Shown in pieces: positions 21,987 to 30,649 of a stretch of 32,765 bases of DNA. The stretch lies in NCBI GenBank assembly GCA_041619955.1, contig JBFKDA010000002.1:1-32765 (forward strand). The letters are read 5' to 3'. Numbering within the stretch: position 1 is the stretch's first letter; the number at the start of each line of letters is the position of its first letter. The position numbers and the translations under genes are program-made. The notes under the pieces are model-generated. The model made no database searches and was not told where the DNA came from. It worked only from the letters and a program-made list of their open reading frames with translations. This DNA is from Acidimicrobiia bacterium (GTDB lineage: Bacteria; Actinomycetota; Acidimicrobiia; Spongiisociales; JAOTWH01).

Positions 21987-22889
21987 GTGACGTACGACCG
22001 CTCGGTTCCCGATCCCGTGCACGACGCCGCCGCTGCCGAAGCGGAATGGGAGGCTTATGCCCCTGGAGAGCGGCAGGCCGGTGCCGACCGGCTCGACTTC
22101 GCCACCGCCGACCGGGTGCTGCGGCGGGCGGTGGAGCTGCAGGCCGCCGGCGACGACGCAGCCGAGGCGGAGCTGTCCGAGGACGTGCTGGTGCGGATCG
22201 CCGCCGAGGTCGGCGTCAGCGAGGCGAACCTGCGCCGCGCGCTCGCCGAGGTGCAGGCGACGCCGGCGGCCGAGGGCGGCGCCTGGGGCCGGTTGCTCGC
22301 CCCCGACCGGGTATCGGTGTCCGAGTTGATCGCCCGGCAGGAGGACGAGGTGGTGGCGGCGCTGGCCGGCTGGATGCGTCAGGTCCAGGGCATGCGGCTG
22401 CGGCGCCGCACCGAGCACGGTGGGCTGTGGGAGAAAGACACGCATCTGGTGACCCGGCTGCGGATGGGCTTGCGGATGCAGCGGCCCCCGGCCCTCCGCA
22501 GCGCGGGCGGCGTGTCGCACACGGTGCGGCCTGCGGGGCGGGACGAGCAGCTCGTGGAGATGGGCGCCGACACCGAAGGGCTGCGTCAGATCGGCCAGGT
22601 CTTGCTGGCGGCGGGCGCCGCAGTCGGTGGCGTGGCCGCCGCCAGCGCGGTCGCCGGGCTGGAGGGTGCCGCCCAGGTCGGCGCGCTGGCCGGGATCGCC
22701 GCCGGGCTAGCGGCCTGGTCGGGGACCGTCGTGTGGAGGGTCCGCTCCCGGGTGCGGCGCATCCGCGACGCCCTGCGACGGGCGGTCGACTGCGCCGCCG
22801 ATCCCGACCTCGCCGCGGGCGGGTCGCTGCGCGCCCAGCTCGACCGGCTGCAGCGCGACTGGGCCGGGGGCGGCCGCAACGGCCGATAG
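21987..22889 (+). CDS. Hypothetical protein with acidic N-terminal part and two C-terminal TM helices
   Basis: ORF track 21987..22889(+), GTG start. Hydrophobic segments IGQVLLAAGAAVGGVAAASAVAGL and VGALAGIAAGLAAWSGTVVW. No domain recognised and no clear RBS. Confidence 0.5.
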   Translation: MTYDRSVPDPVHDAAAAEAEWEAYAPGERQAGADRLDFATADRVLRRAVELQAAGDDAAEAELSEDVLVRIAAEVGVSEANLRRALAEVQATPAAEGGAWGRLLAPDRVSVSELIARQEDEVVAALAGWMRQVQGMRLRRRTEHGGLWEKDTHLVTRLRMGLRMQRPPALRSAGGVSHTVRPAGRDEQLVEMGADTEGLRQIGQVLLAAGAAVGGVAAASAVAGLEGAAQVGALAGIAAGLAAWSGTVVWRVRSRVRRIRDALRRAVDCAADPDLAAGGSLRAQLDRLQRDWAGGGRNGR

Positions 22890-22896
22890 CGCCGCC

Positions 22897-24678
22897 ATGA
22901 CCGGCTTCGTCCCCTCCGTCCGCTTCGACGATCTCCGCCGCGGAAGGCGCCGCGCCTTCCGGCTCGCCGGCTTCGAGGCGGTGCTGGTCGCCGACGACGC
23001 CGGCGACGTGCCGGGCCTGCTGGACGAGGTCGCGGCGGCGTCCCGCGCCGGGCGCTGGGCGGCCGGCTACGTCGCCTACGACGCCGCCCCCGGCTTCGAC
23101 CCGGCCCTCACCGTGCCCGGGCCCGGCGCGGCTGCGGTGCCGGCCGCCTGGTTCGGCCTCTACCGCCGCCGCGAGCGGGCCCCGGCCCTGGACAGGGCGG
23201 GCGACGGCTACCGGCTCGGGCATTGGGAGCCGGCGGTGGACGGAGCGGCCTATGCGGCGGCGGTGGCCCGAATTCGGGACCTCATCGCCGCCGGAGACAC
23301 CTACCAGGTGAACTACACGATGCAACTCGGCGCCGAGTTCACCGGCGACCCGCTGGCCCTCTACCGCGACCTGGCGCGGGCGCAGTCCGGCGGCTACGGC
23401 GCCTACCTCGACACCGGCCGGCATGTCGTCGTCAGCGCGTCGCCCGAGCTCTTCTTCGAGTGGGCGGGCGACACGATCACGAGCCGCCCCATGAAGGGCA
23501 CGGCCCCTCGCGGCCGGTGGGTCGACGAGGACAAGGAGATGCGGGCGGCGTTGCTGACGTCGGCCAAGGACCGCGCCGAGAACCTGATGATCGTCGACCT
23601 CATCCGCAACGACCTCGGGCGGGTGGCGGCGTTCGGGTCGGTGCGCGTCGACGAGCTGTTCGCGGCCGAGCGGTTCGACACCGTGTGGCAGCTCACGTCC
23701 ACCGTCTCGGCCGGCGCCCGGCCTGGCACGTCGCTCGGCGACGTCTTCGCCGCGCTGTTCCCTTGCGGGTCGGTCACCGGAGCGCCGAAGGTTCGGACCT
23801 GCGAGATCATCGCCGCGCTGGAACCGCAGGCCCGGGGGGTGTACTGCGGCGCGATCGGCTACGTGGCGCCGGCCGGCGCCCGCGGGCCCCGGGCGGCCTT
23901 CAACGTGGCGATCCGCACGGTGCACGTCGACCGGGCGGAGGGGCGGGCTCGCTACGGCGTCGGCGGTGGCGTCACTTTCGATTCGACCCCGTCCGGCGAG
24001 TACGCCGAGGCCCTGCTCAAGGCCGAGGTGCTGGGCCGGGCCGGTCAACCATTCGAGTTGCTGGAGACGATGCGATGGGATCCGGTCGACGGCTTCTACG
24101 CTCGGCCGCTCCACTTCGCGCGGCTGGCCGAGTCCAGCGACTATTTCGGGTTCCGGTTCGACGTCGCCCGCGTCGACGCCGCCCTCGAGGCGGCCGTCGG
24201 CGGGGACGAAGCGCTGCGGGTGCGTCTGGTGCTCGACCGCCAGGGACGGTGCCGCGTCGAGACCGACCCGGCGCCGCCGGCCGCGACACCGGTCACGCTG
24301 GCGATCGACACGCAACCGACGGACGAGTCGAGCCCGTTCCTCTTCCACAAGACGACGCGCCGCGACGTCTACCGGGCCGCGCGGAGCCGCCACCCGTTCG
24401 CCGACGACGTGCTGCTGGTCAACCAGGCAGGCGAGGTGACCGAGGCCACCCTGGCCAACGTCGTCGCCCGCCTCGACGGGCGGTGGGTGACCCCGCCGAT
24501 CGAGGTGGGCTGCCTCCCCGGGGTCCGGCGGCGGGCGCTGCTCGAAGCCGGGGAGATCACCGAGCGCGTGCTGACCCTCGCCGACGTCGAGGCCGCCGAC
24601 GACCTCGCGCTCGTCAGCGCGCTGCGGGGGTGGCGGCCCGCCCGGCTGGTCACACAGCCGGCGGGCTCGGCGATCTGA
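22897..24678 (+). CDS. pabB: Fused aminodeoxychorismate synthase component I / aminodeoxychorismate lyase (PabB-PabC)
   Basis: ORF track 22897..24678(+), 593 aa. Chorismate-binding motifs SPELFF, SRPMKGTAPRG, KDRAENLMIVDLIRNDLGRV, FPCGSVTGAPK and VYCGAIGYV...GVGGGVTFDS. C-terminal class-IV aminotransferase-like part (FLFHKTTRRDVY...EATLANVVARLDGRWVTPP...GCLPGVRRRALLEAG). Confidence 0.9.
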   Translation: MTGFVPSVRFDDLRRGRRRAFRLAGFEAVLVADDAGDVPGLLDEVAAASRAGRWAAGYVAYDAAPGFDPALTVPGPGAAAVPAAWFGLYRRRERAPALDRAGDGYRLGHWEPAVDGAAYAAAVARIRDLIAAGDTYQVNYTMQLGAEFTGDPLALYRDLARAQSGGYGAYLDTGRHVVVSASPELFFEWAGDTITSRPMKGTAPRGRWVDEDKEMRAALLTSAKDRAENLMIVDLIRNDLGRVAAFGSVRVDELFAAERFDTVWQLTSTVSAGARPGTSLGDVFAALFPCGSVTGAPKVRTCEIIAALEPQARGVYCGAIGYVAPAGARGPRAAFNVAIRTVHVDRAEGRARYGVGGGVTFDSTPSGEYAEALLKAEVLGRAGQPFELLETMRWDPVDGFYARPLHFARLAESSDYFGFRFDVARVDAALEAAVGGDEALRVRLVLDRQGRCRVETDPAPPAATPVTLAIDTQPTDESSPFLFHKTTRRDVYRAARSRHPFADDVLLVNQAGEVTEATLANVVARLDGRWVTPPIEVGCLPGVRRRALLEAGEITERVLTLADVEAADDLALVSALRGWRPARLVTQPAGSAI

Positions 24679-24686
24679 GCTGGGCC

Positions 24687-24775
24687 GTGCTCATTCGGCG
24701 CGCCGACGGCCGTGGTGTGCTCATTTGGCGTCCGGCGGCCGCGGAGTGCTCAGCCGGCCCGGCGACGGCCCCGTC
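24687..24775. repeat. Three tandem ~30-bp units each starting GTGCTCA (minus strand TGAGCAC); the third is the 3' end plus stop codon of the methyltransferase gene
   Basis: U1 24687-24716 gtgctcattcggcgcgccgacggccgtggt. U2 24717-24745 gtgctcatttggcgtccggcggccgcgga. U3 from 24746 gtgctcagccggcccggcgacggcc..., where TCA 24750-24752 is the stop. The units fill the gap between the convergent pabBC and methyltransferase genes. Confidence 0.8.
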
Positions 24776-25748
24776 GCTCCCGGCCCCGATCGGCCGGCCG
24801 TGCGACCACCCCGAGCCGGGCCTCGATCTCGGCCTCGGTGGGCGGCTCCGCAGCCGGCCGGTGGGTGTCGACCACGGTCCGGATCTGCGCGGTGTGGCGG
24901 GGCAGCGAGCCGCAGCAGGCACCGACGATCCGCGCGCCGGCATCGAGCGCGAGCTCGGCGTAGGCGGTCATGTCCTCGTCGGCGGCCGGGTACCACAGCC
25001 GGCCGTCGATGAACTGCGGCACGCCGCAGTTGCCCTTCACGACCACGGCCACGTCGGGATCGGCTGCGTGGATGCCGGCCCCCGCCAGCACGTTGTCGGC
25101 CGGCCCGACGCCGCAGTTGCTGCCGATCGCCACCGGCGCCTCCGGTTGGCCTTGCCACCATCCCGCGAATGCGGCCGGGGTGACGCCCATCATCGTGCTG
25201 CCGTTGGTGTCGAAGCTCAGCGTGGCGACGATCGGCAGCCCGGTGGTGAGCGCCCCGGCCAGCGCGGCGGCCAGCTCGTCGAGCGCCGACAGCGTCTCGA
25301 TCCACAGCACGTCGGCGCCGGCCTCGGCCAGCGCCGCGGCCTGGGCGGCGAACAGCGCGGCCCCCTCGTCCACGGTCAGCGGCCCCAGCGGCTCGAAGAG
25401 CGCTCCGGTCGGCCCCATCGACCCGGCCACCGCCACCGATCTGCCTGCCTGGTCGGCGACCGACCTGGCCACCGCCACGCCGGCGGCGTTGAGCTCCGCG
25501 ACCCGGTGCTCGTTGCCGTGCAGCGCCAGCCGGCTGGCCGTGCCACCGAACGTGTTGCTCAGCACGATGTCGGCCCCTGCGTCGACGAAGCCCTGATGCA
25601 CCTTGGCCACGGTGTCAGGGTGGTCGACGTTCCACACCTCCGGGCAGTCGCCGCTGGTGAGGCCCAGCTCGAAGAGCGAGGTTCCCATGCCCCCGTCGGC
25701 GACGAGCGCGCCGCGCTCGTCGAGGAAAGCTGCAAGATCGATGGCCAT
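24750..25748 (-). CDS. Homocysteine S-methyltransferase domain protein (BHMT/MmuM/MetH-N-like)
   Basis: ORF track 24750..25829(-). Start moved to ATG 25748 (MAIDLAAFLDERGALVADGGMGTSLFELG...). Zn-binding cysteines in IGSNCGVGP and VGACCGSLP. Basic low-complexity tail RPADRGRERRGRRRAG. Confidence 0.85.
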   Translation of the reverse strand: MAIDLAAFLDERGALVADGGMGTSLFELGLTSGDCPEVWNVDHPDTVAKVHQGFVDAGADIVLSNTFGGTASRLALHGNEHRVAELNAAGVAVARSVADQAGRSVAVAGSMGPTGALFEPLGPLTVDEGAALFAAQAAALAEAGADVLWIETLSALDELAAALAGALTTGLPIVATLSFDTNGSTMMGVTPAAFAGWWQGQPEAPVAIGSNCGVGPADNVLAGAGIHAADPDVAVVVKGNCGVPQFIDGRLWYPAADEDMTAYAELALDAGARIVGACCGSLPRHTAQIRTVVDTHRPAAEPPTEAEIEARLGVVARPADRGRERRGRRRAG

Positions 25749-25833
25749 CGGGGAACCCCTTCGCTTTAGCGGAATTTCTTGAGCGCCCGCAAGCTGAACG
25801 TCAAATTGGCGCTGGCCCGACCGTAGCACGGAG

Positions 25834-27156
25834 TCAGGAGCTCACAGCGGCGATCGCGGCGGCCAGCGCACCGGGCACGTCCGGAACCAGCAGGTGGGCC
25901 CGGTCGGACACCACCCGGCGGCCGTCGACGACCACGTCGGTGACATCGGCGGCGGTCGCCGCGAACACGGCTGCGGCGATGGGGTCGGCGACGCCGGCGG
26001 TCCGTACCGAGCCGAGATCGACGGCGACGAGGTCGGCCCGCTGCCCGGGCGCGATGGCGCCGGCGTCGCCCCAGCCCAGCGCCTGCATGCCGGCCGAGGT
26101 CGCGGCGGTCAGCAGGTCCGCCGGGGAGAACGTCCCCCGCCGCCGGCTGCGCAGCCGCTGGTCGAGCTCGACCGCCCGTGCCTCCTCGAAGATGTCGACG
26201 ACGGCGTGGCTGTCCGAACCGACCGTGAGGCGGCAGCCGGCCGCAGCGAGGTCGGCGGCGGGGCCGATGCCGTCGGCCAGGTCCCGCTCGGTGGTCGGGC
26301 ACAGGCACACGTTGACGGGCGCGGCCCCGAGGGCGGCGATGTCGCCCGGTGCCAGGTGGGTGGCGTGGACGACCGTCGTGGCCGGGGTGAGGGCGCCGTG
26401 CTCGGCCAGCAGCTCGGTCGGGGTGAGGCCGGTCGCCGCCACCGCCGCCTCGTTCTCGGCGGGTTGCTCGGAGAGGTGGGCGTGCAGCGGCAGGTCGTGG
26501 CGGGTCGCGTGCGCGGCGACCGTCGCGATCGCCGGCCCGTCCACGGCCCGGACGCTGTGCACCGCGGCGCCGTGGCGGAGATGCGGGGCGCTGCCGCGGG
26601 CCGAGGCGCGCGCGGCCCAGGCGCCGGCGGTGCCGTCGCTGAACCGGAGCTGCGCGCCGGTGGGCGGCACGCCGAACCCGGCCGCCAGGTAGCAGGTGTC
26701 GAGCAGGGTGATGCGGATCCCGGCGGCGGCGGCCGCGGCGACCAGCGCGTCGCCCATGGCGTTGGGATCGCCGTAGGGTCGCCCGCCCGGCTGGTGGTGG
26801 AGGTAGTGGAACTCGCCGACCCCAGCCACGCCGGCGAGCGCCATCTCGGCATACACCGCCGTGGCGAGCCGGTGGTAGCTGTCCGGGTCGAGCTTGGTGG
26901 CCACGGCGTACATCGCCTCCCGCCAGCTCCAGAAGTCGCCGCCGCCGCCCTGGGTGCGGCCCCGCAGCACGCGGTGGAAGGCGTGGCTGTGGACGTTGGC
27001 GAGGCCGGGGATCACCAGCCCCGGCAGCGTCGTGGCGCCGGAAGGCGGGCGGGTGGCAGGTTCGAGCCGGGCGATGCGTCCCCGCTCGACCTCGATGGTC
27101 ACGTGCGCGGCGACCCGATCGCCGAGCAGCGCCGATTCGCACCAGTAGATGGTCAC
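25834..27156 (-). CDS. hutF: Formimidoylglutamate deiminase
   Basis: In-frame part of ORF 25834..28230(-). GTG 27156 overlaps the upstream stop (GTGA). PGLANVHSHAFHRVLRGRT, DFWSWREAMY, GEFHYLHHQPGGRPYGDPNAM and HAHLSEQPAENE are characteristic of HutF-type amidohydrolases. Confidence 0.85.
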   Translation of the reverse strand: MTIYWCESALLGDRVAAHVTIEVERGRIARLEPATRPPSGATTLPGLVIPGLANVHSHAFHRVLRGRTQGGGGDFWSWREAMYAVATKLDPDSYHRLATAVYAEMALAGVAGVGEFHYLHHQPGGRPYGDPNAMGDALVAAAAAAGIRITLLDTCYLAAGFGVPPTGAQLRFSDGTAGAWAARASARGSAPHLRHGAAVHSVRAVDGPAIATVAAHATRHDLPLHAHLSEQPAENEAAVAATGLTPTELLAEHGALTPATTVVHATHLAPGDIAALGAAPVNVCLCPTTERDLADGIGPAADLAAAGCRLTVGSDSHAVVDIFEEARAVELDQRLRSRRRGTFSPADLLTAATSAGMQALGWGDAGAIAPGQRADLVAVDLGSVRTAGVADPIAAAVFAATAADVTDVVVDGRRVVSDRAHLLVPDVPGALAAAIAAVSS

Positions 27157-28340
27157 GACGTGAGCCGGGCGAGCACGTCGGTGAGCGCCGCCACCCCGGC
27201 CTCGCAGTCGGCCCGGGACGCGTGCTCGGCGGGGGAGTGCGATACGCCGGTCGGGTTGCGGACGTGGAGCATCGCGGCGGGGACGTGCGCGGCGAGGATC
27301 GCGGCGTCGTGGCCGGCGGCGGTCGGCAGCCCCGGCGTCGCCAGCCCCGCGGCGGTGAGCGCGTTCCGCAGCTCCCGATCGAACTCGACACCGGGCGAGA
27401 AGGACTCCTCCCGCACCGCGACCTCGACGCCGTGGTGGCCACCGGTGGCCGTGACCACGGTGGTCCAGTCGGCAACGAGCTCCCGCAGCGCCTCCTCGGC
27501 GGGGGCGCGCGCGTCGAGCCAGGCCGTTGCCGAGGCGGCGACGGTGTTGGTGGTGTTCGGGGAGACTTCGAGGCGGCCCACGGTGGCCCGGCCCTCCAAT
27601 CGCTCGGCCATGGCCCGCGCCGCCATTGCCGCCGCCGCGGCCACCAGCACCGGGTCGCGCCGGTCCTCGAGCCGGGCGGCGCCGGCGTGGTCGGCGGCGC
27701 CGGTGAGGTCGAGCCGCCAGCGCCCGTGCGGCCACACCCGGTCGATCCTCCCCACCGGCTGGCCCAGGTCGGCGAGCCCGCGCCCCTGCTCGATGTGCAG
27801 CTCGACGAAGGCGGTCAGAGCGCCGATGCGGTCCGGGTCGGGCCCGAAGCCTGCCGGATCGACGTCGCTGGCCTCCGCGAGCGCCACCCCGGCGGCGTCG
27901 CGCAGGCCGCGTGCCCGGTCGGCCGCCAGCGTTCCCGTCGCCAGCCGGCTGCCCAGCGTTGGGACGCCGAAGCGGGCGCCCTCCTCCTCCAGCCAGGCGA
28001 CCACGGCCAGGGATCGGCGGGGCCGGTGGCCGCGGGCGCGGAGCGCCTCGATCGCGGCCAGGCCGCCGACCACGCCGAGGGCGCCGTCGAAGGCTCCGCC
28101 GTCGACGACCGTGTCGAGGTGGCTGCCGGTGGCGACGACGTCGGCGCGGCCGCCCCAGTACGCCCACACGTTGCCGTTGCGATCGGTCTCGACGTCGAGG
28201 CCCAGGCCCGCGGCGGCGGCGCCGAACCACTCCCGGGCCTGCCGCTCGGCGGGCGTGAAGGCCAGCCGGCGGTAGCCGCCGGTGGCCGGGTCGCGCCCGA
28301 TCGCCGCCAACTCGTCGAACCAGGCGCCAAAAGTCCCCAC
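27153..28340 (-). CDS. M20 family amidohydrolase (allantoate amidohydrolase / N-carbamoyl-amino-acid hydrolase type)
   Basis: ORF track 27153..28340(-), GTG start. ATGSHLDTVVDGGAFDGALGVVGGLAAIEAL, WLEEEGARFG and TAAGHDAAILA motifs. Confidence 0.85.
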   Translation of the reverse strand: MGTFGAWFDELAAIGRDPATGGYRRLAFTPAERQAREWFGAAAAGLGLDVETDRNGNVWAYWGGRADVVATGSHLDTVVDGGAFDGALGVVGGLAAIEALRARGHRPRRSLAVVAWLEEEGARFGVPTLGSRLATGTLAADRARGLRDAAGVALAEASDVDPAGFGPDPDRIGALTAFVELHIEQGRGLADLGQPVGRIDRVWPHGRWRLDLTGAADHAGAARLEDRRDPVLVAAAAAMAARAMAERLEGRATVGRLEVSPNTTNTVAASATAWLDARAPAEEALRELVADWTTVVTATGGHHGVEVAVREESFSPGVEFDRELRNALTAAGLATPGLPTAAGHDAAILAAHVPAAMLHVRNPTGVSHSPAEHASRADCEAGVAALTDVLARLTS

Positions 28341-28362
28341 GGGCGCCGATGCTACGCCCGGC

Positions 28363-28680
28363 TCAGCTTGCCAGCAGGTAGCCGGTGGCTGCGAGCCCGA
28401 TCCCGGCGAGGAGCATGGCGGTCACATGGGCCGGGCCGGACCTGCCGAGCCGCAGCGCGTCCACCGTCCAGGTCGAGAACGTGGTGAACCCACCGAGCAG
28501 GCCGAAGCTCGCCAACCCCAGGACCGAACGGGTGTCGACGAGCCCGGCGGCGATGCCGACCGCCAGCGCCCCGGCCAGGTTCACCGCGGCGGTGCCGACC
28601 GGGCCGGGGAGTGCCCCGGTCACCAAGCTGCGCAGCACCGCTCCCGTGCCGCCGGCCAGCGTCAGGAGGGCGAGCGTCAC
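28363..28680 (-). CDS. crcB: Fluoride channel subunit CrcB/FluC (second of pair)
   Basis: ORF track 28363..28863(-). Start moved to GTG 28680, with GTGA overlap to the first crc[21 protein letters not shown]...VNLAGALAVGIAAG...LLGGFTTFSTWTVD. Confidence 0.9.
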   Translation of the reverse strand: MTLALLTLAGGTGAVLRSLVTGALPGPVGTAAVNLAGALAVGIAAGLVDTRSVLGLASFGLLGGFTTFSTWTVDALRLGRSGPAHVTAMLLAGIGLAATGYLLAS

Positions 28681-29057
28681 CGGCGGCCCCTCCCGGCGCG
28701 GCCGCCGACGGCGGCGGCGGCCAGGCCCCCGCCCGTCGACAGTGCCGCGTAGGCGAGGCCGAGGGCGGCCTCGCCGGCGTCGAGCAGCTCGACGACGTCG
28801 AGGCTGAACGCCGAGAACGTCGTGAGGGAGCCGAGCACGCCCACCGCCCAGAAGTCGAGCCACGGCCCGGCCGGGTTGCGGGCCAGGTAGGCGCCCAGCA
28901 ACAGTGACCCGGCCAGGTTCACGGCGAGGGTGGAAACCGGGAAGGTGCCGTCTGGCAGGGCCATGGCGACCGCAGTGCGGCCGGCGGCGCCGAGGACGCC
29001 GCCGGCGAGCACCGCCGGCCAGCGAGCGGGGAAGGTGCGGGTGGTTGCGTCGGGCAT
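28677..29057 (-). CDS. crcB: Fluoride channel subunit CrcB/FluC (first of pair)
   Basis: ORF track 28677..29162(-). Start moved to ATG 29057 because the longer ORF would translate through the riboswitch. [13 protein letters not shown]...[17 protein letters not shown]...[14 protein letters not shown]. Confidence 0.9.
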   Translation of the reverse strand: MPDATTRTFPARWPAVLAGGVLGAAGRTAVAMALPDGTFPVSTLAVNLAGSLLLGAYLARNPAGPWLDFWAVGVLGSLTTFSAFSLDVVELLDAGEAALGLAYAALSTGGGLAAAAVGGRAGRGRR

Positions 29058-29074
29058 GGCTCCGGGAGGTCGGT

Positions 29075-29142
29075 CGTGCTGCCAGGAGCCATCAGCGTTG
29101 CGGCGCCCGACCTGGCGGGCGATGGCGAGCCCCATCGCCGAG
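29075..29142 (-). promoter_or_regulatory. Fluoride riboswitch (crcB RNA motif)
   Basis: Minus-strand RNA: GGCGAUGGGGCUCGCCAUCGCCCGCCAGGUCGGGCGCCGCAACGCUGAUGGCUCCUGGC. P1 GGCG/CGCC with the conserved GAUGG. Hairpin CGCCCG-ccaggu-CGGGCG. Conserved CUGAUGGCUCCU 3' segment whose GGCUCC can pair with the 5' GGGGCU (pseudoknot). It aligns with the T. petrophila aptamer as I recall it (GGCGAUGAGGCCCGCC...GGGCUGAUGGCCUCU). Sits directly upstream of crcB. Confidence 0.7.
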
Positions 29143-29185
29143 GCCGGGGAGTGTATCGTCACCCGCGCCGTCCCGGAGGTCGACC

Positions 29186-30649
29186 GTGCAACTCGCGGAG
29201 CAACGCTCCTACATCGGGGGCAGGTTCGTGGATGCGCCGTCCGGTGCGACGTTCACCACCGTCAACCCCGCCACCGGAGAGCCGCTCGCCTCGGTCCAGC
29301 AGGCCGGCGCCGCCGAGGTGGATGCCGCCGTCGACGCCGCCCGGGCGGGGTTCGAGGACTGGCGCGACCGCACCGGTGCCGAGCGGGGCCGCGTCCTCAA
29401 CCGCGCCGCCGCACTGCTGCGGGAGCGCAACGACGAGCTGGCCCGCCTCGAGGTGCTCGACACCGGCAAGCCGATCGCCGAGGCGCTGGCGGTGGACGTG
29501 GCGTCCGGCGCCGACTGCATCGAGTACTTCGCCGGCCTGGCCGCCGGCCTCCACGGCGAGCACTTCGACCTCGGCCCGTCGGCGTTCGCGTACACCCGCC
29601 GGGAGCCGCTGGGCGTGTGCGCCGGCATCGGGGCGTGGAACTACCCGATCCAGATCGCCTGCTGGAAGTCGGCCCCGGCCCTCGCCACCGGCAACGCGAT
29701 GATCTTCAAGCCGGCCGAGCTGACCCCGCTCACCGCCGCCAAGCTCGCCGAGGTCTACACCGAGGCCGGCCTGCCGGCCGGCGTCTTCAACGTCGTCCAG
29801 GGCGACGCTTCCACGGGCGAGCTGCTCACCCGCCACCCCGGGATCGCCAAGGTGTCGCTGACCGGGGAGGTCGGCACCGGCAAGGCGGTGATGGCGGCGG
29901 CCGCCGAGACGCTGAAGCACGTCACGCTGGAGCTGGGTGGCAAGTCGCCGCTGCTGGTGTTCGCCGACGCCGACCTGGACAACGCGGTCGGCGCGGCGCT
30001 GCTCGGCAACTTCTACACGCAGGGCGAGGTGTGCTCCAACGGCACCCGGGTGTTCGTCCAGCAGCCGGTGTACGAGGAGTTCCTGGAGAAGCTGCGGCTG
30101 CGCACCGAGAAGATGCGCATCGGCGACCCGCTCGACCCCGCCACCGACGTCGGCGCGCTCATCTCGGCGGAGCATCTTGACAAGGTGCTCGGCTACGTCG
30201 AGGCCGGCAGGGCGGCGGGGGCACGGCTTGTCGCCGGCGGCGGCCGGCCCGCCGACCCCGCGCTGTCCGCCGGCTACTTCGTGGAGCCCACGATCTTCGC
30301 CGACGTCACCGACGACATGGCGATCTGCCGGGATGAGATCTTCGGTCCGGTGATGGCCGTGCTCCCGTTCGACGGCGAGGACGAGGTGGTCGCCCGCGCC
30401 AACGACACGCCCTACGGGCTGGCGGCGGGTGTGTTCACCCGCGACGTGCAGCGGGCGCACCGGGTGGTCGCGCGCCTGGAGGCCGGCACGATCTGGGTCA
30501 ACAACTACAACATCACGCCCATCGAGATGCCGTTCGGTGGCTACAAGCAGTCCGGTATCGGGCGGGAGAACAGCCTGGCCGCCATCGAGCACTACACGCA
30601 GCGCAAGAGCGTCTACGTGGAGCTGGGCGACGTGGAGAGCCCGTATTGA
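29186..30649 (+). CDS. betB: Betaine aldehyde dehydrogenase
   Basis: In-frame part of ORF 28904..30649(+). GTG 29186 is preceded by GGAGG (29176-29180). [75 protein letters not shown] and [13 protein letters not shown] closely follow the E. coli BetB pattern. Confidence 0.85.
   Translation: MQLAEQRSYIGGRFVDAPSGATFTTVNPATGEPLASVQQAGAAEVDAAVDAARAGFEDWRDRTGAERGRVLNRAAALLRERNDELARLEVLDTGKPIAEALAVDVASGADCIEYFAGLAAGLHGEHFDLGPSAFAYTRREPLGVCAGIGAWNYPIQIACWKSAPALATGNAMIFKPAELTPLTAAKLAEVYTEAGLPAGVFNVVQGDASTGELLTRHPGIAKVSLTGEVGTGKAVMAAAAETLKHVTLELGGKSPLLVFADADLDNAVGAALLGNFYTQGEVCSNGTRVFVQQPVYEEFLEKLRLRTEKMRIGDPLDPATDVGALISAEHLDKVLGYVEAGRAAGARLVAGGGRPADPALSAGYFVEPTIFADVTDDMAICRDEIFGPVMAVLPFDGEDEVVARANDTPYGLAAGVFTRDVQRAHRVVARLEAGTIWVNNYNITPIEMPFGGYKQSGIGRENSLAAIEHYTQRKSVYVELGDVESPY

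Noticed and set aside
25749-25833. An 85-nt AT-richer leader upstream of the homocysteine S-methyltransferase gene, examined as a possible SAM/SAH or cobalamin riboswitch
   Set aside because: It is too short for SAM-I/IV or B12 aptamers, and I could not match any conserved core by eye. It contains only a weak AGCGCC...GGCGCU stem and a TTGACG hexamer. It is probably just a promoter and leader. An Rfam scan would settle it.
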